Numbered from the stretch's first letter, positions 27,500-37,369 are shown. The stretch: 46,998 nt of DNA from Devosia sp. (GCA_028290245.1 JAQGKG010000164.1:1-46998); one strand, 5' to 3'. Made by a program: numbers and translations. Notes: generated from the letters alone by a model not told the origin.

Positions 27500-29966
27500 G
27501 AGCTTCCCGCATCAATTCATCGGCAGCGTCCGACATAGCTGATTCGCGGCCTTCGCCATAAATCGGCTCGCGACCGATATCGAGCAGGATGGGCACGGCG
27601 AGGGGCGACACGCGTTGCAGCGGCTTGTGCACGATATGGCTGCGGATGCGGCGCAGCATATCGCCCAGCCGTTCGATGTCGAGCAGCCCGCGGGCCGCAT
27701 CGCGGCGTGTGGCCTGGATCAGGATGTGGTCGGGCTCGTGTTGGTACAGCACGTCATAGATCAGGTCTGACGACATGGTGATCTGCCGCCCGGTCTTTTC
27801 CTTGCCCGGATGGCGCCGCTCGATCAGGCCGGAAATGATGGCGCAGTTGCGGAAGGTTCGCTTCATCAGGGCGGACTCATCGAGCCAGTCTTCAAGGTCA
27901 TCGCCCAGCATGTCTTCGGAAAACAGCTCGTCCAGCGACAGCCGGTCGGTGCGGATCAACCCCGAGAGATCGCCCAGCCCCCAGATGCCAAGCGCATATT
28001 CCGACGCCACGAAACCAAGCGGCCGCGCGCGGGATCGTTCCAGCCGGCGGGTCAGCAGCATACCCAGCGTCTGATGAGCCAACCGGCCTTCGAACGGGTA
28101 GCACACCATGTAATTCAGCGTGCCGCGTGGGAAGGTCTCGACTAAGAGACTATCGCGCTTGGGCAGCACCGAGACGTCGCGCTGCAGCCGCAGCCAGTCG
28201 CTGACCTGATCGGGCAACTTGCCCCAATCGTCCGGGCTGTCGAGGATCAGCCGGACGCGGTCGGCGAGATAAGTCGAGAGCGGAAACCGGCCGCCCATGT
28301 AGCTCGGAATTTTTGGATCGGCCGACTGCGCCCGCGACACATAGGCCTCATTGTCCTTGAGGCCCTCGAACGCGACTATTTCGCCACCGAATACGAAAGT
28401 GTCGCCGACCAGCAGCGTGCCGAAGAAATACTCCTCCATTTCGCCCAGCACGCGCCCGCCAGCACCCACCGGGCTCTGCATGCCCTTCTTGAGACCGCGC
28501 GTCCGGATCAGTCGGACCCGCACCATCGGCTCTTCGATGATGGTGCCGATATTGAGCCGGTATTGCTGCGCCACCTGCGGATTGGCGACTCGCCATAGCC
28601 CCTCATCGGTAAGCTTCAGCCGCGCATAGCGTTCATAGGCCTGCAGCGCATATCCACCAGTGGCGACCAATTCCACGACCCGGTCGAACTGCTGGCGCCG
28701 CAGGTCACGATAGGGCCATGCGCGGCGCACTTCGTCGAATAGCTCATCGGCATTGAAGGGCGCGGCACAAGCCATGCCGAGCACATGCTGCGCGAGCACG
28801 TCGTAGCCGCCATTGACCGGGTCTTCGCTGTCCTGGTGGTTTTCGGCCACGGCTTCCAGTGCTGCCTCGCATTCGAGCACCTCGAAGCGGTTGGACGGCA
28901 CCAGCATCGCCTTGGACGGCTCGTCGAGCCGGTGATTGGCGCGGCCGATACGCTGCAGCATGCGCGAGGAGCCCTTGGGCGCCCCGACTTGCACCACCAG
29001 ATCGACATCGCCCCAGTCGATGCCGAGGTCTAGCGTCGATGTACAGACCACGGCCTTGAGCTGGCCCGACACCATCGCGTTCTCGACCCTGCGCCGCTGC
29101 TCCACCGACAGCGAGCCATGGTGCAAAGCGATTGGCAGCATGTCGTCATTGAGTGCCCACAGGCCCTGAAAGAGCATTTCGGCCTGGGAGCGCGTGTTGA
29201 CGAACAGCAGCGTCGTCTTGTGCTGCTTGATCACCTCGTAGAGGTCCGCATGGGCATAGTTGGCCGAATGCCCAGCCCACGGCAGTCGCTGTTCGGTTTC
29301 AAGGATTTCCAGCACCGGCGGCGCGCCGCCAGATGTCGTCAGCAGGCGCGTTTCGCGTTCGGGCACTGGCTGGGCGATCCAGTCGCGCAATAGGTCCGGT
29401 CGGGCAACGGTCGCGCTCAGCGCCGTGATCTGCAGGTTCGGCGCCAGCTTGGCGATCCGGGCCAGCGCCAGCGATAGCAGTTCCCCGCGCTTGGAAGTCA
29501 CCAGCGCATGCAGCTCGTCGAGCACGATACGGCGCAGTGATCCGAACAGCAATTCCGCCTGCGGATGGCTGATCAACAGGCTCAACTGTTCCGGCGTCGT
29601 CAGCAGGATATGCGGCGGTTTCACCCGCTGCCGGGCGCGTTTGCTCGACGGGGTATCGCCGGTCCGCGTCTCGGCCGTGATTTTGAGACCCATTTCGAGG
29701 ATCGGCGCATTGAGATTGCGCTGCACGTCGACGGCGAGGGCCTTGAGCGGGGAGATGTAGAGAGTGTGGAGGCCCTCGAACTTGCCGTCTGCGAGGTCGA
29801 CTAGTGTCGGCAGGAAGCCGGCCAGCGTCTTGCCGGCGCCGGTTGGAGCGATCAGCAGAGCCGAGGCGCCGGCTTGCCAGCTGTCCAGCACGTCGAGCTG
29901 GTGCTGGCGCGGTGCCCAGCCTTTGCGGGCAAACCAGTCGGTGATGATGGGGGGGAGGGCGGTCAC
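27480..29966 (-). CDS. lhr: Ligase-associated DNA damage response DEXH-box helicase (Lhr-core)
   Basis: APTGAGKT, YISPLKAL, LTTPE, DELH, LSAT, HHGSL, TSTLDLGIDWG, QRIGRANH. Start GTG 29966 or TTG 29981. Confidence 0.92.
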   Translation of the reverse strand: MTALPPIITDWFARKGWAPRQHQLDVLDSWQAGASALLIAPTGAGKTLAGFLPTLVDLADGKFEGLHTLYISPLKALAVDVQRNLNAPILEMGLKITAETRTGDTPSSKRARQRVKPPHILLTTPEQLSLLISHPQAELLFGSLRRIVLDELHALVTSKRGELLSLALARIAKLAPNLQITALSATVARPDLLRDWIAQPVPERETRLLTTSGGAPPVLEILETEQRLPWAGHSANYAHADLYEVIKQHKTTLLFVNTRSQAEMLFQGLWALNDDMLPIALHHGSLSVEQRRRVENAMVSGQLKAVVCTSTLDLGIDWGDVDLVVQVGAPKGSSRMLQRIGRANHRLDEPSKAMLVPSNRFEVLECEAALEAVAENHQDSEDPVNGGYDVLAQHVLGMACAAPFNADELFDEVRRAWPYRDLRRQQFDRVVELVATGGYALQAYERYARLKLTDEGLWRVANPQVAQQYRLNIGTIIEEPMVRVRLIRTRGLKKGMQSPVGAGGRVLGEMEEYFFGTLLVGDTFVFGGEIVAFEGLKDNEAYVSRAQSADPKIPSYMGGRFPLSTYLADRVRLILDSPDDWGKLPDQVSDWLRLQRDVSVLPKRDSLLVETFPRGTLNYMVCYPFEGRLAHQTLGMLLTRRLERSRARPLGFVASEYALGIWGLGDLSGLIRTDRLSLDELFSEDMLGDDLEDWLDESALMKRTFRNCAIISGLIERRHPGKEKTGRQITMSSDLIYDVLYQHEPDHILIQATRRDAARGLLDIERLGDMLRRIRSHIVHKPLQRVSPLAVPILLDIGREPIYGEGRESAMSDAADELMREALGSDPI

Positions 29967-30054
29967 GCTCGAAACTGGCAACTCACACCTTCTGCAAATC
30001 ATAAAACAGCCTATATGATCACCCAACGTCACGACAGGGCGGCGGAGGACACCG

Positions 30055-30354
30055 ATGAGCGATCAATATCCTAGCGACACCACGCCGCGCCGCCGTAGCG
30101 GCATCGAGCGGTTTTTTGGCGGCAGCCCCGGCGGCGTTATCGTCCGCCTGCTGTTGCTGTCGCTGGTGGTCGGCTTCCTGATGAGCGTCTTTGGCATCTA
30201 TCCGCAGGACGTGGTCGATGGCGCCATCAACCTGTTCCGCGACGCAATGCGCGACGGCTTTGGGGTGTTCCGCAATATCGGCGCCTATATCCTGAGTGGC
30301 GCGGTGCTGGTGGTGCCGATCTGGTTCCTGATCCGGCTCGCCAAGGCACGCTGA
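30055..30354 (+). CDS. Small membrane protein (DUF6460-like)
   Basis: GGAGG RBS; RFFGGSPGGVIVRLLLLSLVVGFLM...YILSGAVLVVPIWFLIRL. Confidence 0.8.
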   Translation: MSDQYPSDTTPRRRSGIERFFGGSPGGVIVRLLLLSLVVGFLMSVFGIYPQDVVDGAINLFRDAMRDGFGVFRNIGAYILSGAVLVVPIWFLIRLAKAR

Positions 30355-31028
30355 TGGCTCCTCAGCATTTGCATCTATCGCCTCAACAGGCCCTGTCGCG
30401 GCTGGTGCCGCATATTCTCGATCTGGCCAGCAAGGCGCATGGCGAGCGCATCGCCATCGGCCTTGCCGGTGGCCCTGGCACGGGCAAATCCACCCTTGCC
30501 GCCGAACTGGTGACGACGCTGGACACCACCCATCCCGGCATCGCAGCGCTGGTGCCGATGGATGGTTTCCACATGAAGCACGCTAAGATCGAGGCCATGG
30601 GGCAGGTCGATTACAAAGGCGCGCCGCATACGTTCGAGGGCGCCGATTTCGTCAGCTTCCTGCACCATCTCAAGCATGCCACCGGCCCGGTTAGCGGCCC
30701 CGGCTATTCGCGCAAGATCGAGGACACGGTGGAAGATGCTTTCACCGTGCAGCCCGAGGCGCGCATCCTGATCGTCGAAGGCAATTACCTGCTGCTGACT
30801 GAGGGCCCATGGGCCGGGGTGAAGCCGCTGCTGGATTATAGCGTGTTCATCGACGTGCCACGTGACGTGGTACAAGCCAGGCTGATGAAGCGGCATGGCG
30901 AGGAAGGGCTGTTCACCGAAGAGCGAAACCGGGCGCATATCGAGCGCAATGATTTGCCGAATTATGATTTGGTTTGTTTGTCGCAGGACCGGGCGGATGT
31001 AGTGATTTCGATGGATATGGCGCGGTAG
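30354..31028 (+). CDS. P-loop kinase of the uridine/pantothenate kinase-like (YggC/FrcK) group
   Basis: GLAGGPGTGKST, PMDGFH, KGAPHTF, IVEGNYLLL. Confidence 0.85.
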   Translation: MAPQHLHLSPQQALSRLVPHILDLASKAHGERIAIGLAGGPGTGKSTLAAELVTTLDTTHPGIAALVPMDGFHMKHAKIEAMGQVDYKGAPHTFEGADFVSFLHHLKHATGPVSGPGYSRKIEDTVEDAFTVQPEARILIVEGNYLLLTEGPWAGVKPLLDYSVFIDVPRDVVQARLMKRHGEEGLFTEERNRAHIERNDLPNYDLVCLSQDRADVVISMDMAR

Positions 31029-31041
31029 GGCGGCGGCTATC

Positions 31042-32664
31042 CTAGCCCGCCCGCTTCGCCGGGCTGCGGCTCTGATTGGCCAGTCCACTGATCGCAGCAC
31101 GCAGCGCCGCTGGTTTCACGGGCTTGGTCACCACGGCTATTCCGCGTTCCTCGGCCAGCGCTCGTACGGCTGGGCTACGGTCGGCGGTGACCAGCGCTGC
31201 CGGTAGGTGGCCGCCCAGATTGTGCCGCAGCCATTCGATGGCATCGAGGCCTGAGGTTTGGTCGAGGTGATAATCCATCAGCACCAGGTCGGGGTACCAG
31301 CCTTCCAGCAGCCGTTCCCGGTCGATCTGTTTGAGCGACAGCGCGCTGCGCACATCGCAACCCCAATGGTGCAACAGGCCCTCCATGGCTTCGATGATCG
31401 TGGCTTCATTGTCGACGCAGAGGATTTTCAGCCCCTGCATGCCAAAGGTGATTTCCGGCGGAGCCGGGTCGGTCTCCGCTGAGGCGCGAATGCCTCGTGT
31501 CGCTGGCAGGAACAGCGAAAATCGCGAGCCGCGTCCTTCGTGACTGTCCAGTTCCAGCGTTAGGCCAAGGCCCGTCACCAGCCGCTGCACGATGGACAGC
31601 CCCAGTCCCAGCCCCTGCGCCATGCGCGCGCCGCGCTCCAGCCGGGAAAACTCGGCGAACAGCAGGCGGTGCTGGTCCTTGTTGAAGCCGATACCGGTGT
31701 CGATCACATCGAGCCGCATGCGGTTGCCGCGCTTGCGCAGGCCGACCAGCACCTTGCCGCCCGGCGTGGTGTATTTGATGGCGTTTGAGACGAGGTTTTG
31801 CACGATGCGGCCGACCAGAGCCCGGTCCACCATCACCGTGGCATCGGTGGCGACAATGCGCAGCGAGATATTGCGTTCGCGCGCCATCGGGCCGAACTCC
31901 ACCTCGATCTTCTTGAGGATATCCCGTCCCGCGACTGGCCCAGGGATCGGCTTCAGCGCACCGCTGTCGATGCGGGAAATATCCAGCAGCGCGCCCATGA
32001 TGTCTTCGACGGCGGTCAGCGAGGCTTCGATCGAATTCGCCAGATCGGCCAGCCCGGTGGATTTCGCGCGTTCGATCAGCGTTGATGTATAGAGTCGCGC
32101 CGCATTGAGCGGCTGCAGCAGGTCGTGGCTGGCGGCGGCGAGAAACCGCGTCTTGTCGTGATTGGCGGCGTCGGCCTTGGCGCGGGCGCTTTCCAACTCG
32201 GCATTGACCCGGGTCAATGCGGCCGTGCGCTCTTGCACCCGTTCTTCCAGCGACTGGTTGACGCCCTCCAAGGCTTTTTCGGCTCGCACCCGGGCTGTCA
32301 CGTCCGAGAAGCTGATCACCAGCCCACCGTCCGGTAGCCGGCTCGAATGAAACTCCAGCGTCTGGCCTGCATTGCCGAGTCGCTGGGTGACGGTGGTGGG
32401 CGCGGCCGTCAGAATATTGATGCGCTCGATGGCCAGCCGGGCTGCGTCGCCTGGACCAAAATCGCCGCGATCGCCGAGGAACAGCGCGATATCGAACAGC
32501 GGCGTGCCGCGCTTGATCAACTCCTCAGGCAGCGCCAACATCAAGTTGTAGCGACTGTTGGACGTGACGAGGCGCAGCCCGGCATCGAACACCGCAATGC
32601 CCTGGGGAATGTGGTCGACGGCCTGCCATAGGCTGGCGGCGGCATCGGGTGTTGGCGCGGGCAT
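31042..32664 (-). CDS. Soluble PAS-HisKA-HATPase-REC hybrid kinase (CrbS/PrlS/NahK-like)
   Basis: PAS (QGIAVFD...PDGGLVISFSDVT), KTRFLAAASHDLLQPLNAARL, NLVSNAIKYT, DTGIG, GLGLGL, receiver LMDYHLD. Start ATG 32664 (GAGGA RBS) or 32673. Confidence 0.9.
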   Translation of the reverse strand: MPAPTPDAAASLWQAVDHIPQGIAVFDAGLRLVTSNSRYNLMLALPEELIKRGTPLFDIALFLGDRGDFGPGDAARLAIERINILTAAPTTVTQRLGNAGQTLEFHSSRLPDGGLVISFSDVTARVRAEKALEGVNQSLEERVQERTAALTRVNAELESARAKADAANHDKTRFLAAASHDLLQPLNAARLYTSTLIERAKSTGLADLANSIEASLTAVEDIMGALLDISRIDSGALKPIPGPVAGRDILKKIEVEFGPMARERNISLRIVATDATVMVDRALVGRIVQNLVSNAIKYTTPGGKVLVGLRKRGNRMRLDVIDTGIGFNKDQHRLLFAEFSRLERGARMAQGLGLGLSIVQRLVTGLGLTLELDSHEGRGSRFSLFLPATRGIRASAETDPAPPEITFGMQGLKILCVDNEATIIEAMEGLLHHWGCDVRSALSLKQIDRERLLEGWYPDLVLMDYHLDQTSGLDAIEWLRHNLGGHLPAALVTADRSPAVRALAEERGIAVVTKPVKPAALRAAISGLANQSRSPAKRAG

Positions 32665-32836
32665 TTCAGGCATTCCTCGGCTCTGGGGAGGCGTCGGGAC
32701 TATCGGCCGCATGACAAAGCTGCGCAAGACCGACTCTCGACCCATTGCAATTGCCTTTCGGGTCAGGCTTCCTTTGTCCCCCGCAGGTCGCGCGGCCACC
32801 CGGGGAAGGGGTGGATATCAGATAGAGGGCTAGTCT

Positions 32837-33289
32837 ATGTTCAAGGAATTCCGAGATTTTGCCATCAAGGGCAACATGATCGATCTGGCCATCGGCGTCA
32901 TCATCGGTGCCGCTTTTGGCGCCATCGTGTCATCCATCGTCGATGACATCTTCATGCCTTTGATAGGCCTGATCATTGGCGGCATCGATTTTTCCAACCT
33001 GTTCGTCGTGCTCTCCAATCCTGACAACGTCGCCGTTCCTTCGATTCCCGTCGCCAAGGCTGCCGGCGTGGCCACGCTCAACATTGGGCTGTTCATCAAC
33101 GCCATCGTCAAGTTCGCCATCATCGCCTTCGTGCTGTTCCTCGTGGTCAAAGGCATCAATCGCCTGAAGCGCCAGGCAGCGGCCGAGCCGGTCGCAACCA
33201 CGCCAGCGCCGAGCAGGGAAGAAGTATTGCTCACCGAAATCCGCGACGCACTACGCGCAAGTCCCCCGTACAAATATCCTAACACGTAG
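32837..33289 (+). CDS. mscL: Large-conductance mechanosensitive channel
   Basis: [37 protein letters not shown]. Confidence 0.96.
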   Translation: MFKEFRDFAIKGNMIDLAIGVIIGAAFGAIVSSIVDDIFMPLIGLIIGGIDFSNLFVVLSNPDNVAVPSIPVAKAAGVATLNIGLFINAIVKFAIIAFVLFLVVKGINRLKRQAAAEPVATTPAPSREEVLLTEIRDALRASPPYKYPNT

Positions 33290-33353
33290 GATCAAAATCC
33301 GTTGACACTTGCGCGATAGGTAACTACTCCTATTGCGTAGGTGGTTCATCCTA
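33266..33353. promoter_or_regulatory. Four TAGGW-N6-TCCTA-type palindromic sites around a TTGACA promoter
   Basis: CCGTA-N6-TCCTA (33266), TAGGA-N6-TCCGT (33287), TAGGT-N6-TCCTA (33317), TAGGT-N6-TCCTA (33338); TTGACA at 33302. Confidence 0.65.
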
Positions 33354-33501
33354 CGTGTTTCCCGTATCGGACGGCAAGAACACTTAGTGCAGACTACCTC
33401 GCGACAATACCTGAGTCTTTGCGGCAGCAATTGCATCGCAAGTATCCCGGTCTTCGCGTGCGTAGTTTGACTTGAGCCACTTGCCGAGGGGACGGGGCAA
33501 A

Positions 33502-34137
33502 ATGAGCGAAGAGATCTACTACCATTCATTTCTCAATCGGGATCGGATGGTTCATATCGTCGACGGTGACTTGCCGACTTGCGAGGCGCTGAGCGTATTG
33601 TTCCGGCTCGAGGGTTTCCAGACCTCGTTTTCGGTCGATATCGAGCAGTTCTTCCTCAATCTCGAGCGACGCCGGCCCGACGCTTTTGTCATCAACATGC
33701 TGGTGAGCGGCGAGAGCGGGCTGGGCCTGTTGCGCCGCATCAAGACGATGCAGGCTGGTATTCCAGTGATCATGCTGACCGACGCGCAGCAGATTTCGTC
33801 AGCCGTCACGGCGATGAAGCTGGGCGCTACTGATGTTGTGTCCAAGCCGATCGATACCGACTATCTGCTCAGCGTGCTGCGCGATGCGGTGCGTCTCGAG
33901 ACGCCCATTAGCACCACACACACGGGCAGGCGCTCCGTCGAAATGCGGGGTTTCTCCGAGCTGACGCCGCGCGAAAGGCAAGTTCTGCAGCTGATCACCA
34001 ACGGTCAGTCCAACAAGGAAGCCGGCCGCGAACTCGGCATTTCCCCGCGCACCGTCGAAGTGCACCGCGCCCGCGTCATGGAAAAGCTCTGCGCCCGCAA
34101 TACGGCCGACCTGATGCGGATTGTGCTGGCGGGCTGA
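33502..34137 (+). CDS. FixJ-like response regulator with atypical receiver
   Basis: LTPRERQVL...NKEAGRELGISPRTVEVHRARVMEKL FixJ-type HTH; receiver reads VDGD and FVINMLV. Confidence 0.88.
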   Translation: MSEEIYYHSFLNRDRMVHIVDGDLPTCEALSVLFRLEGFQTSFSVDIEQFFLNLERRRPDAFVINMLVSGESGLGLLRRIKTMQAGIPVIMLTDAQQISSAVTAMKLGATDVVSKPIDTDYLLSVLRDAVRLETPISTTHTGRRSVEMRGFSELTPRERQVLQLITNGQSNKEAGRELGISPRTVEVHRARVMEKLCARNTADLMRIVLAG

Positions 34138-34274
34138 GAGTGGATCATTCGCCAATCGCGCCAGTCGCGCCAGTCGCCAGGCCGAGCGCAGGGACGCTGA
34201 AGGCTGGATATGCGGCTCGTTGGCGACTTGATAAAAGGAGAGGGCGCAATCGTGGATTGGGCCCCCTCTGTGAC

Positions 34275-36599
34275 TTACGGCAAGGTGTAGGCGAGTACGT
34301 AGTCGCCGGGTTTGGTGCCGACTGAGCCGTGGCCACCGGCGACGATGACGACGTACTGCTTGCCGCTGGCGGTGTAGGTCATCGGGGTGGACTGGCCGCC
34401 GGCTGGAAGGCGGGCTTCCCAAAGCTGGTTGCCGGTTGTCAGGTCATAGGCGCGGAAGAAGTCATCGACTGCAGCGCCGAGGAAGGCCACGCCGCCCTTG
34501 GTGATCATCGGGCCACCAATGCCGGGGACGCCGACCTTGAAGGGTAGGGGCAGCGGCGTCATATCGCGGACCGTGCCGTTGCGGTGCTTGTAGGCGATCT
34601 CGCCTGTGCGCAGATCGGCGCCTGCTACAAAACCCCAGCCGGGTGCCTGGCACGGTACGCCGAGCGGGCTGAGGAATGGCCCCATGAACACACCATAAGG
34701 CGCGCCTTCGTTGCGGTTAAGGCCCTGTTCGCTGCCGGTGGTGCCTGCTTCCTTGGGAGGAATTTCGGAAGCTGGAACGAGGCGCGAGGTGAAGGCAAGA
34801 TAGGTTGGCATGCCGAACATCACCTGACGCTCGGGATCGACTGCGACGGAACCCCAGTTGAAGGTGCCGAAATTGCCGGGATAGATGATCGAGCCTTGCA
34901 GCGATGGCGGGGTGTAGCGGCCTTCGTAGCGATATTGATGCAGCGCGATGCGGCACATCAGCTGGTCGAACATGGTGATGCCCCACATGTTCTTTTCTTC
35001 AAGCGTTTCTGGCTTGAAGCTGAGGGCAGAGGTCGGCTGGGTCGGAGCGGCGAAATCGCCTTCGATGGCGCCCTGCGGCGCTGGCTCCTCGGTAATGGCC
35101 AGCAGCGGCGCGCCGGTGCGACGATCCAGAACGTAGATGTCGCCCTGCTTGGTGGGGCCGACAAGCGCCGGTACAGGCGTGCCATCCTGGCCGGTAATGT
35201 CGAGCAGCACGGGCTGGGCTGGAACGTCCATGTCCCACAGATCGTGATGCACGAACTGCTGCACCCAGCGGTCGACGCCGGTGGTCACATCGAGCGCGAC
35301 GATGGATGACGAATATTTTTCGACGCTGGGGCTGCGGCCGATGCCAATCTGGTCGGGCACCTGATTGCCGAGGGGAATGTAGACAAGCCCCAGGGCGGGA
35401 TCGACGGAAAACACCGACCAGCTATTGGGCGAATTGGTGGTGTAGGTTTCGCCAGCTGCGATGTTGATCGGCGCGGTCTGGGTCGGGTTACCCGAGTCCC
35501 AGTTCCACACCAGCGCGCCGGTCAGGGCATCGAAAGCACGGATAACGCCGGACTGCGATTGAGTGGAATAGTTGTCGTTGACGGCGCCGCCAATGATCAG
35601 CTTGCCATCGACCGCTACCGGTGGGGAGGTCGAGTAGTAGTAGCCGGCTGGCGAATATTGCATGCCGGCTTCAAGCCGAAGTGTGCCTGCATCGGCAAAT
35701 GTGGGGCAAACCTGGCCGGTCGCTGCGTCGAGTGCGATCAGGCGAGCGTCGGCCGTTGGCAGGTAGACGCGTGCGGCGCAGGCAGAGCCGGCTACAGCAG
35801 CAGGGTCAGCCCAATAGGTAACGCCGCGGCAGGTCTGGTGCTGGCGATCTGGGTTGAGGCCGGAATTGGCGTCGAAGCGCCATTTTTCGGTGCCGGTGGT
35901 CGCATCCAGTGCGATTGCCAGATTATGCGGCGTGCAGATGTAGAGCGTGTCGTCGATCTTGATCGGGGTGACCTGATAGGTGGTCTCGCCAACATCCTGG
36001 GGCAGCTTCACGTCGCCGGTCTGGTAGGTCCAGGCAGGGACAAGGCTCGCGACGTTTTGCGACGTGATCTGGTCGAGCGGGGAGTACCGCTGGCCGTACG
36101 GCGTGCGGCCATATTGCTGCCAGTCGCCATCGTCGAAATTGGCCCCAAGGTCCGGGGTTGCAGCGACCTGCTCGGTGCTGAGGCTGCCTGAGATATCCTG
36201 CGGGTCCTGCGTCATGGAATAAATCGCGACGGCGACAGCCAACACGTTGGCTACTGCCAGGATGAGCGTGCCGCTGGTGCGGGCGCCGCTTAGCTTGTTG
36301 CGGATCCATGGCGTCCATAGCCAGAGGCCAAGCACGACGATAACGCCGCCGCGCGCGCCGAGCTGCCACCAGTCAAAGCCGACTTCCCAGATGGCCCAAA
36401 GGATGGAGCCCACCAGGATCGCCGAATACAACCACAGCGCTTCGGCTTTGCGACGAACTAACAGGTAGGCGGTAAGCAGGAACGCAATGCCGGTAATGAG
36501 GTAGTACCAACTGCCCCCGAGGCTAACGAGCCAGCCTCCCAACCCTCCCAGCGCAAGTCCGATGGCTGCAAGGACGAGGGACGTCAGGACAATGAGCAT
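34275..36599 (-). CDS. gcd: Membrane-bound PQQ-dependent dehydrogenase, glucose/quinate/shikimate family
   Basis: Five N-terminal TMs, RYSPLDQI, TCRGVTY, HHDLWDMD, GGQSTPMTY, AGGHGS. Exact substrate is not determinable. Confidence 0.88.
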   Translation of the reverse strand: MLIVLTSLVLAAIGLALGGLGGWLVSLGGSWYYLITGIAFLLTAYLLVRRKAEALWLYSAILVGSILWAIWEVGFDWWQLGARGGVIVVLGLWLWTPWIRNKLSGARTSGTLILAVANVLAVAVAIYSMTQDPQDISGSLSTEQVAATPDLGANFDDGDWQQYGRTPYGQRYSPLDQITSQNVASLVPAWTYQTGDVKLPQDVGETTYQVTPIKIDDTLYICTPHNLAIALDATTGTEKWRFDANSGLNPDRQHQTCRGVTYWADPAAVAGSACAARVYLPTADARLIALDAATGQVCPTFADAGTLRLEAGMQYSPAGYYYSTSPPVAVDGKLIIGGAVNDNYSTQSQSGVIRAFDALTGALVWNWDSGNPTQTAPINIAAGETYTTNSPNSWSVFSVDPALGLVYIPLGNQVPDQIGIGRSPSVEKYSSSIVALDVTTGVDRWVQQFVHHDLWDMDVPAQPVLLDITGQDGTPVPALVGPTKQGDIYVLDRRTGAPLLAITEEPAPQGAIEGDFAAPTQPTSALSFKPETLEEKNMWGITMFDQLMCRIALHQYRYEGRYTPPSLQGSIIYPGNFGTFNWGSVAVDPERQVMFGMPTYLAFTSRLVPASEIPPKEAGTTGSEQGLNRNEGAPYGVFMGPFLSPLGVPCQAPGWGFVAGADLRTGEIAYKHRNGTVRDMTPLPLPFKVGVPGIGGPMITKGGVAFLGAAVDDFFRAYDLTTGNQLWEARLPAGGQSTPMTYTASGKQYVVIVAGGHGSVGTKPGDYVLAYTLP

Positions 36600-36659
36600 G
36601 CTGTTTTCTTCCGGGAGGGCAACCGTGTGACGCGGGAGGTAAGCCGTTGCTATGCGGCG

Positions 36660-36684
36660 AACGCCACAGACCCCATTAGGTTGC
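36660..36684 (-). promoter_or_regulatory. EcfG (general stress sigma)-like promoter of the PQQ dehydrogenase
   Basis: GCAAC-N16-CGTT on the minus strand, one mismatch to GGAAC-N16-CGTT. Confidence 0.45.
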
Positions 36685-36782
36685 CCAAACTCTCATTGGC
36701 ATGGGTCCCACCACAACCGTCGCAATAAAGCCGCTGGCAACCAGAGAATGGCCGCCAACGGCATGAAAGATCTGGACAACGA

Positions 36783-37208
36783 TTAGGCGACGCCGAGCTT
36801 TCCGCGTATGCCGTCACGCGGCGTCGAGAGTTCTTCCGGCGTCAGGAATTCGGCAAGGTCCGCGGCCTCGTAGAAGGGCCGAATTTCCATCTCGGCTTTA
36901 CCCGACATCGGACTAGGCGCTCGCAATGCCCAGGCCATCGCCTCATCCATGTCGTTGACCTCCCAGATGGAGAAGCCTGCAATCATTTCCCGGGTTTCGG
37001 CGAATGGACCATCGACGATAGTTCGGCTAGCTCCATCGAGGGTTACTCGCTTGGCCTGGGCGCTATTCTGTAGGCCTGCAGCCGCGACAAATACTCCTGC
37101 CTTTACCAGTTCCTCGGTGTACCGATCCATCGCGGCAAAGGCCTCGGCGGTAGGGGGTGTACTGTTCTCGCTGACTTCACCGGCTTTCGCGAACACCATT
37201 ACGCGCAT
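36783..37208 (-). CDS. YciI/DGPF-family protein
   Basis: VDGPFAETREMIAGFSIWEV, EIRPF; GAGGAG RBS. Confidence 0.9.
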   Translation of the reverse strand: MRVMVFAKAGEVSENSTPPTAEAFAAMDRYTEELVKAGVFVAAAGLQNSAQAKRVTLDGASRTIVDGPFAETREMIAGFSIWEVNDMDEAMAWALRAPSPMSGKAEMEIRPFYEAADLAEFLTPEELSTPRDGIRGKLGVA

Positions 37209-37369
37209 CGTCGTCTCCTCGTGTGCCGGCCCCTCTTGGCCTCTACACCTGGCGACGAACCAGCCCGTCGAAAGTCGAAGGGTCGTGCGAATTTTCCGAT
37301 TTTTGGACGTGAGAACAGCTATCGAGGCGTTTGTGCGTGACGTCGCTAGCGCAAAGACAACTGTTCCGC

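Noticed and set aside
29967-30054. LexA box upstream of lhr
   Set aside because: No GTTC-N7-GTTC or GAAC-N7-GAAC match; only very degenerate similarity.
34150-34176. Three 9 bp tandem units CGCCA(A/G)TCG
   Set aside because: Short, intergenic between convergent genes and without spacers; no supportable function.
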